Program-made: the position numbers and the translations under genes
Shown here: positions 47,503-64,000 of the stretch, piece after piece
Position numbering within the stretch: position 1 is the first letter of the stretch
Layout of the letters: each line of letters begins with the position of its first letter
NCBI GenBank assembly: GCA_964016885.1
Contig: OZ024743.1
Span: forward strand, 252,960,001 to 253,024,000
Direction of reading: 5' to 3'
DNA from: Eledone cirrhosa
Lineage: Eukaryota
DNA: 64,000 bases
The notes under the pieces: model-generated
What the model saw: the letters and a program-made list of their open reading frames with translations, nothing else
Databases searched by the model: none
What the model was told of the DNA's origin: nothing

Positions 47503-49344
47503 CTTATATAGACCATGAGGGCCCAAAGTATTGCGAACAGTAGAAATGTGGAATACATATGAAAACATTTGGGGGTATCATGGGTGATATGGGATGAGAA
47601 TTTACCTGTTCATTAAATTAACAGTATCAACATGAGGCATAGAAATGATTCTCTGGGCTTCCAAACAGTGCCTTACTACCCAATTTCTCTCACAAGACTT
47701 AAGTCAAATCAAGACGATAATAAAAAAAAGAATTATGGCCCTTCACACCATGCAACATGGGACCTAGTGATCACTAACAAACTTCTTTGCCATTCAGCCA
47801 TGTCTGTGTAATGTAGAGATACAATGTTTTACATTGTTGAGGTCTTTTGAAAATTGGATAACTACTAGCTTAGTGGTTAGTAGTATTAAGCTCATAATCT
47901 TGTGGATTTGATTGCCAGTGGTGCATTGTGTCATTGAGCAAAATATTTTATCTCATGTTTACCATCCCACAAAGCGGTATCTGTAATTCAAAGGGTCAGT
48001 CATGTGACACAGTGTCTCAACCAAATCTCTCAAACAACTAAATTAAAGGTACATGTGGTAAGCCCAGCCACTGGCTGTTCTGTTGTTCAAACAACTTGAA
48101 CACTTGTTGTAACTGATGAAGTTCCAGCAACAACAAATGACCAAGTCATCAAAACATTTCCTTATTTTCTAAACATTATGACAACTTCACCAGACTTCTG
48201 GAATCCATCTTACATAAATATATATCTATTTTAAGACAAAAGTGAGATGGCAGAGACATTAAATCATTGAATTAAATGCTTCAGTGTTTGTTCCATTTCT
48301 CTGTGTTTTGAGTTCAAATCTTGCCAAATTGAACTTTGCCTTTAATTCTTTTAGGGTCAATAACTCAAGTAGCAATAAAGATTGAAGGAAGCATTATATA
48401 GTGGAAAGGGATGCTTTGCAATATCTATTAAGGCTCTGTGCATTCTTAGTTCACATTTCACTTTTTTCTGCCAGGCCTTGTAACCAGCAGATAGTATAAA
48501 CAATGGAAAGAAAACCAATGGAAACTTTGTTTTCTTGGTCCGATCTAACAATCAGCTTCTTTACATCTTCTCTTTTAGATAGTAAGGAAGTTACATGTTC
48601 TCTAGGAAAGGGGGAGGTGGTGGAGATGATTTTGTGTGAGTTCAGACATAGCCAACCTCTAAAAAAAAAGTTAAAAGAGAATTACAGAAAAAAACCTCTG
48701 GTATTGAACATGCGGCTGCTTTACTGCTACTTTCTCAACTATTATTATACTAGTTTGGAATAAAACAGACCATCGTTTTAGACAAGAAAAAAATAACAAT
48801 AAATAAATAAAGAAAGAATCTGAAAAACTATAAAAATTCCACTGATGCCTAATCAGTAAAAAAATAAGTATACAAAAAAAATAAAAATAAATATAAACCT
48901 TAAATAGGGTTGCCCTAAACTACTTTACCTACCTCGGTGATATTAAGAACTGATGCCAAGTTTATTCATTTTATAAACATCAGAGTTTGATTTCTAATGA
49001 AGTGTAAATATGTAATTTGCATTTCAGCTTCAGTGAGTTTTTCGTTAGTTTAAAGTTGTGTATTGCAGCCAAAAATACATCCATTGCAGCAGATAAAGCA
49101 TTGCTTATTATTTAAAATGACAATGACTCTGTTTCACCATTGTAAAGCAGTTAGACTTCTGAGTCATCGACTCCTACAATGCTTCCTCTTTCATTATTGA
49201 CTTTAAATTGATTTCCCATCACTTTCTCTCCTTCTAAACACATTATATATATGTATATATATATATATATATATATACCCAAACACACGATAATACGTAC
49301 AGATATATACATTTATACACCAATATTTAAAGACAGTTTCACAC

Positions 49345-49363
49345 AGACACACACACACACGCA

Positions 49364-49441
<78 letters not shown>

Positions 49442-49477
49442 TACATACATACATACATACATACATACATACATACA

Positions 49478-49546
<69 letters not shown>
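49345..49546. repeat. Compound (CA)n(CATA)n(TA)n microsatellite
   Basis: Direct inspection. Confidence 0.95.
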
Positions 49547-49548
<2 letters not shown>

Positions 49549-49806
49549 CCTCAATATACATCACTCTATCCCACTGACTTTCTTTTTAGCTATCACACTT
49601 GCTCTCTATCTCTGTCTCGCTTAAATGATAGCACATCATTTTATGCAACTCTGTCAGACTGCAGAACCAAAAATATCTATTTTGAACTGGAGTTAACACA
49701 CTCAAAAGATCTTACATGTACATATGTATGAATGTCCTATGAGTTATGTGAATTTATGAATATGTGTGTATACTAAAGGATATGCAAATATATATATATA
49801 TTATAT

Positions 49807-49864
<58 letters not shown>

Positions 49865-50091
49865 GAATAGTTCTATGTACATATACACATGGCTTGCATG
49901 TGTCTGAGGCTGTGTGTATACAAAGAGATATGCAACTACGCAACAATACACACACTCACACACACACACACATCTACAAATGTACATAAGTCACTGAAAA
50001 TACATTTATGTATATGTGTGATTGTGCATGGACTATGGACGTTAAATGATGATATTATATATACACATGTATATATATAGATACATGTGTA

Positions 50092-50161
50092 GCCTCTGAC
50101 GAAAGTCTTCTTCTCAATGAATTTTCCATTTATTTTGAGACTATAAACCGCGCGGTAAGGG
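50092..50161 (+). ncRNA. Type I hammerhead ribozyme candidate (one core mismatch)
   Basis: Stem I CCT/AGG; CTGACGA; stem II AGTCT...AGACT; TAAAC for GAAAC; palindromic stem III ACCGCGCGGT; GUA. Confidence 0.55.
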
Positions 50162-50382
50162 TAAATATAGTAGGTACAGTAAACTTTTTAAAATTTATTT
50201 TAAAACTTTTTCTCTATTTGCTAAACCTTGATTGTATATATATATATATATATACTCATCTTTTTCCATTTCTCCGAGGGTTCTTAACCCCACTATCAGG
50301 CTAAATAATTTCTGTAATTTCTTTAGTCAAAATACGGCGATAGCTAACATTCCTCCTAATATATATATATATATATATACAT

Positions 50383-50727
50383 ATATTATCAAGAAAACGA
50401 AAAATTAGTGATGCATCTGGACTTAGTTTAGTTCGTGTTACAAATGTTTCGCCGGCATGTAGCTCGAGTCATGGTCCTTGTATGGATCTGGCTGATTTGA
50501 TCCGGACATAACAGACGTGTCTGAAAGAACCCGCAGAAGTAGAATCAGCCATATCCATACAAGGACCATGACTCGAGCTACATGCCGGCGAAACATTTGT
50601 AACACGAAATAAACTAAGTCCAGATGCATCACTGATTTTTCGTTTTCTTGATAATATATACAATCTACTCTGATGAATATCGAGTGCTAATTTTGGCATA
50701 CCGCCGACGGAAGCAACATAGCTACCA
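50383..50727. mobile_element. P1 palindrome (arms ~50383-50498 and ~50543-50660) with hammerhead-like core 50516-50606 and tail
   Basis: CGTGT-CTGAAAGA...GAAAC-ATTT-GTA-ACACG; long near-perfect inverted arms. Confidence 0.75.
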
Positions 50728-50999
50728 CTATACACACATATATATATATATACATATACATGTATATATATATATACGTGTGTGTGTGTGTGCCACTCTG
50801 TGTGCATGTATGCGTATATTGTGCGACTAGTTATGTGTGTCTGTACACATTGATATGTGTATATGCTTCGGGGCGTGCATGTGTGAATGTAAGCACACAA
50901 GCTACTGTGTGTGTGCGTGTGTGTGTGTATGTGTGCAAGTGGGAGTGTGAGCTGACAAACACCAGTAATTTTGCCGATGGGTCAGTGGGTGAGTGACAG

Positions 51000-51352
51000 C
51001 TCACGCCATGACGGTCAGCGGGCTGCTACCAGTGGTCAGAATAATGATGACGTCACTAAGCAGTGACCAAACCAAGGACGCGCAGGGCGGTTGAAGGCAG
51101 ACGATACAGAGCTGTAGGGGTCAGAAACCACAGAAAGAGGATATGCTCCGAAATCAATAGACGTGTCCGAGGAACCTGCGAGTCTAGAGACAGATCGAAC
51201 CTCGAAGTGTTCACTAGGGAAACAATTGTAACACACATAAATTGAGTTCCGATGCATCACTGATTTTTCGTTTTCTATTCTAAAATACTCTGCTCTGTAA
51301 GAGCATAGAGTGCTCAACCGGCGTACCGCCTATGGAAGCATCTTAGCTACCT
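51000..51352 (+). mobile_element. P1 element with hammerhead-like core 51163-51234, abutting the giant TA array
   Basis: GTGT-CCGAGGA...GAAAC-AATT-GTA-ACAC; tail GAGCATAGAGTGCTCAACCGG..GGAAGCATCTTAGCTACC. Confidence 0.7.
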
Positions 51353-51357
51353 TTAGA

Positions 51358-59836
<8,479 letters not shown>

Positions 59837-60107
59837 AAAAATATAGAGCAACCGAACGATGGTAAATATTTGTACGATGGGAAAACGCCTCGGTAACTGA
59901 AATATATATAAATGTATGAAAATCAGCAAACCCTCCATCTCAATTCTACTTTTGAAAAGCACAAGAACTGCGCAAAACCGGTAAAGGAACCAAATAAATA
60001 TTCTTAAAAAGTCACTAGTTACATTTTCGAATTCATCTTTTTCCCCATGATTTCATTCATGTACATCTCGTTTTTTTTTCATTTTGTAAAACGAACCTCA
60101 TTTTCTA

Positions 60108-60207
<100 letters not shown>

Positions 60208-60254
60208 GCTGCATTTCGATTTCAAGAATTGCCACCACATAATAAGTGACATTT

Positions 60255-61310
60255 TGTACATTGCTTCTATGAAGACCAGTTTCACTGATGTAAATCCGGC
60301 CACACTCATTGCACATAAAATCAATTTGAGCACCTCAACATCCAGTTAAAGTAATATTGTGTTGTCACTTACGCAGACTCTTCTTCAATTTCTCATGCTC
60401 CGTACTTTCAATAATCCTGTTCTCAATTACAAATTGTTTTCCTCGAATATGATCGCTCTAAGGCAATGTTATTCCAGTTATCTTCTTTGAATTTTAGACT
60501 TCATCAAATCTCTTTTGATGCAGTCTTTATACCTGAGTTTTGGTTTATGCTTTGTCCGTTTGACTTTGACTAACTCCCCGTACACGGGGAGTTAGTCAAA
60601 GTCATTATTACAACATGGCCGCTCTAGCGCAATCTATATTGAATTATGAGAGTCTCAATACATTCAAAATTATTTCAACCCAGCCCCTCATCTTCATTCA
60701 TAAGTGATTGCCAATGTAAACCGAGTATTCGACGAAGAGACTGTTGGGGAAATGTTCAAGCATTTTTATATTTCGCTAGTATGTGACCCAAGTCGCCTCA
60801 ATACACATGTTCTGTACCCCTCTAACTTTGTATCAATGAAAATACCACTTCGAAACCAGACATGCCTATTTAATTTACCAGTGTAATTACTTGCTTTCTT
60901 TAGTCATACAAAGCTTTCATCAACAGCGTTTGTCACATTACTTACACAAATATATCCACAAATATCAATGTTTTGCCATACACATAAATGCTAGCCTCAG
61001 TGATTTCTCTGCCCGGAGCAGGTTGATACATGACAATTGTCTTAACTATAGTGATTGTTAGACTCAATTCACTTCTAAAAAGTATCCATCAGGTGCCAAA
61101 TTTAATTCTCTGAGAACAAGATCACAATCATGTGCATACAAAAATTCAGGCATTAAAGAAGTGAACAAATTGCCGGGCGAACGATATTTGATATAAATCC
61201 CATGTATACAGTCTTCAAATGCCGCAAGGAAAGCCCTACAGAAATACAAAAATACGGACAGTATAGTAGCTGGTGTATCACAACAAAAATGGGATCTGAC
61301 ACCTGTCTAC
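60255..61310 (-). mobile_element. Decayed RTE-clade LINE fragment
   Basis: GIYIKYRSPGNLF..EFLYAHDCDL (ADD decayed); YGELVKVKRTKHKPKLRYKDCIKRDL; C-terminal CNECGRIYISETGLH. Confidence 0.75.
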
Positions 61311-61372
61311 ATTATATATGACACGAAAACCTCTCAGATCTGATACAACCAAGACACACATACACATACACA

Positions 61373-61420
<48 letters not shown>

Positions 61421-61454
61421 TACATATATATATAAAGGGAACCTGGTTTGTAAC

Positions 61455-61668
61455 CAACAGACGTATCTGAGGAATTTGCGAATCCAGAGTCAGGTCCATC
61501 CACCAACAGATCGCACCTCGAGCTGTTCGCCGGAGAAACATTTGTAATACGCAATAAATTGAGTTCCGATGCATAACTGATTCTTCGTTTTCCATTTTAT
61601 CATACCCTACTCCGTAGGAGCATAGAGTGTTCAACCGGCATACCGCCTATGGAAGTATCTTAGCTACC
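61455..61668 (+). mobile_element. P1 element with best-preserved hammerhead core 61462-61551
   Basis: CGTAT-CTGAGGA...GCGAA/TTCGC...GAAAC-ATTT-GTA-ATACG; same tail as 51290-51352. Confidence 0.72.
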
Positions 61669-61864
61669 ATAAGACATATATATATATATATATACATACA
61701 TACACACTTATATTCACAGACACACACACACACACACAAACGCACGTTTGTGTGCTGATGGAAAATCTGCCTTATTCTTAAACAGACGTGAAGCTCGCCA
61801 CGATTTTTGGTCGGTGAGGTTAATAACACGTCGGACTGGTAGCATGGCAATGGAAAATTACATC

Positions 61865-61936
61865 TCGTTTGTCTGAAGAGAACATGTAAGTTGTTTATTA
61901 TATAACTACCTTACATCTTTGAAATGCGTATAACGA
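61865..61936 (+). ncRNA. Hammerhead ribozyme candidate
   Basis: TCGTT..-CTGAAGA-stem ATGTAAG/CTTACAT-GAAATGCGTA-TAACGA. Confidence 0.45.
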
Positions 61937-61972
61937 CTAAAATGGATGTGCGAATAAAACCGTCTCTCTTAT

Positions 61973-62022
<50 letters not shown>

Positions 62023-62274
62023 AATTATAACGTACCAGATATTATCTAGGGTCACCGATTCCCACACATTCAATGATTTTACAAAAATCGTGGGTTGCAA
62101 ATACGAATCTGCATATTAGAGCGAACAAAATACGTTACATAGTAGATAAACGGATTTTCGTGGGTAAACAAAATAATGCTCTGAACTGTATACAGTATCA
62201 TTACTGCACCCTTAGTGCTGCTGGCTCATTAGCAAAATACTGCAAACAGGGACCAAGTGGTAATTCGATAACAT

Positions 62275-62740
62275 CGGAAGCACTAGAGCACTATATAGCT
62301 CACCAAGGGAGGTTGGAGGGTCATTACATGGCACACCCATTGAGGAGGGAGCATTATATGGTACAACAAGGGATGAGGATGTAGTACTATATCTTGTAAG
62401 AGAGAAGGGAAGAGCCATATTATAGCACACAAGGAGAGGAGAGAGGGGTACAATATGGCAGGCTTTGAGAGGAGGGATTTGCACTGGATGGCCAACCAAA
62501 TAAGGAGGGGCGAATTATATGGTATATCAAGGGATAAGGATGGAGTACTATATGGCACATAAAGGGAGTGGTATTACATGGCTCACTAAGGGAGAAGGGA
62601 GGTGCCATAATATTGCAGGCCAATGTAAGAGAAGGGGCACTATATAGAACACCATAGGAGGAGGGGGCCTTATATGGCACACAAATGGATGAGGGAGAGG
62701 CACTATATGACACACCAAATAAGGTGCATTATATGGTACT
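62275..62740. repeat. Degenerate ~35-bp minisatellite
   Basis: GGAGAGGGGCACTATATGGCACAC..AAG repeated about 12 times. Confidence 0.75.
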
Positions 62741-62849
62741 AACTCCACCTTTTCCTGTGGTACACGACCATCATATTTAAAAAAACAGTTTAAAATGAAA
62801 TCGTGCAATATGTTCCTTGAATTAGAGATCACCCAGTTTGTTCTCAGCC

Positions 62850-63820
62850 CTATGTTGGTGTGTATTTACGTTTGTGTGTATATGGCGGTGTGTGTCTGTG
62901 TGATCATGTTTGTGTATGCGGCGTGTCGGTTTGTGTATGGTGGTGTGTGTATGTGTGTTGGTGTGTGTATGGTAATTTGTGTGTGTACAGTGGTGTCTCT
63001 GTGTTTGTGTGTATGGTGTGTTAGTGTGTATAAGTGTTGGTCTGTGTGGGGGTTATGATAGGGAGTGTGGTCTGTATGGTAGTGAGTGTGGTGTGTGTTT
63101 GTGTGTGATTTTGATGTATGTGTGGTGATTTGTATTGATATGTGTGTATGTATAAGTGTGCCTGGTAGTGCTGGTATGTGTTTTATGGTATGTGTGTGGT
63201 GGCGATTTCTTGTTTATATGTTGGTGTGGTGTGTGTTGTAAATGCGTGCAGTGTGTGTGTGTAAGGTTTGGTGTATTTGTGTTGGTGTTTGTGTGTCTGT
63301 GCATGTGTGTGTGTGTATCTGTGCTGTAATTATTAGTGTATTTTTGAGTGTGTCTTTGTTAGTGTATGTGTGTGTAGTGCTGGGGGTGTTGTGTGTATGT
63401 GTGGGTGTGAGTGGGTTTGTATGTGTGGGGCTGTGGTGTGTACGTGTGTTCATTTGTATGTGTTCGTCTTTTGATGTATGTGCTGGTGTGTGTGTATGTG
63501 TTAGAGCATGTGGGATTGTGTGTTTGTTTGTGTGTGATGTGGGGGTTGTGGAGTGTGTTGGTGTGGGTGTGTGTGTATTGGTGTGGGTGTGTTGTTGTAT
63601 GTGTATGGATGTATCGGTGTTTGTGTTTGTTTTCGTGTGTTGGTGTGAGTGTATGTTTGCATTTGTATATGCTGGTGTGTATGTGCTGATGTGTTGTGTA
63701 GGTGTGTGTGTGTTGATGAGTTAGGTTTTGGTGTAAGTGTATGTGTCGTCGTGTGTGGCGGTAAGTGTCTGTATACACCTTTGTATGTATTAGTGTATGT
63801 GCTGGGGCATGTGTGGGGCG
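62850..63820. repeat. Degenerate (TG)-rich low-complexity tract
   Basis: Direct inspection. Confidence 0.9.
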
Positions 63821-64000
63821 AAGGAAGAAACGGAAATGGTTTTTGTTGTTGATGACGTTCAAACAATGGTATGGTGTTGCTCTAAAGAGAACGATTGGTT
63901 TAAATGGCATAGCAAAACAAACGATGGTTGGCACATCATTTAACGTATTTTGGCATGGAGGATACTTAGCTGAACCAGAAACTGACTTTTGATAAATAGT

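Noticed and set aside
59850-59900. CCGAACGA...GAAAAC...GTA hammerhead-like string
   Set aside because: Too degenerate; stems not supported
62795-63992. Cys/Val- and His/Thr-rich ORFs
   Set aside because: Translations of degenerate (TG)n low-complexity DNA

Overview
Eukaryotic, AT-rich, repeat-dominated window with no recognisable intact host protein gene. The SINE types and huge (TA)n tracts suggest a cephalopod (Octopus-like) genome, which is an inference. The centre (about 9.4-30.7 kb) is a 21-kb stack of non-LTR retroelements built in one (ATT)n/(AAT)n microsatellite. It holds three head-to-tail, full-length but mutually divergent Tx1/L1-clade elements (ORF1 with a CCHC knuckle; ORF2 APE-RT-zinc finger), a truncated fourth copy, tRNA-type SINEs and antisense R4/Dong-type fragments. 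A ~185-bp inverted repeat brackets the whole stack. A decayed, oppositely oriented stack lies at 39-47.5 kb. The three Tx1 families share non-coding signals: 5'UTR twin hairpins, a perfect GGTAAGT splice-donor motif plus pyrimidine tract at the ORF1/ORF2 junction, and a 3'UTR hairpin/U-tract. Many short fold-back palindromes and type-I hammerhead-ribozyme-like motifs with unusually long stem II occur, probably from Penelope-like pseudo-LTRs. Other content: hAT relics with TSDs, CRE and RTE LINE fragments, satellites, an 8.4-kb TA-based array and a 200-N gap. All coordinates were read by eye and ends are approximate. No database search was possible.
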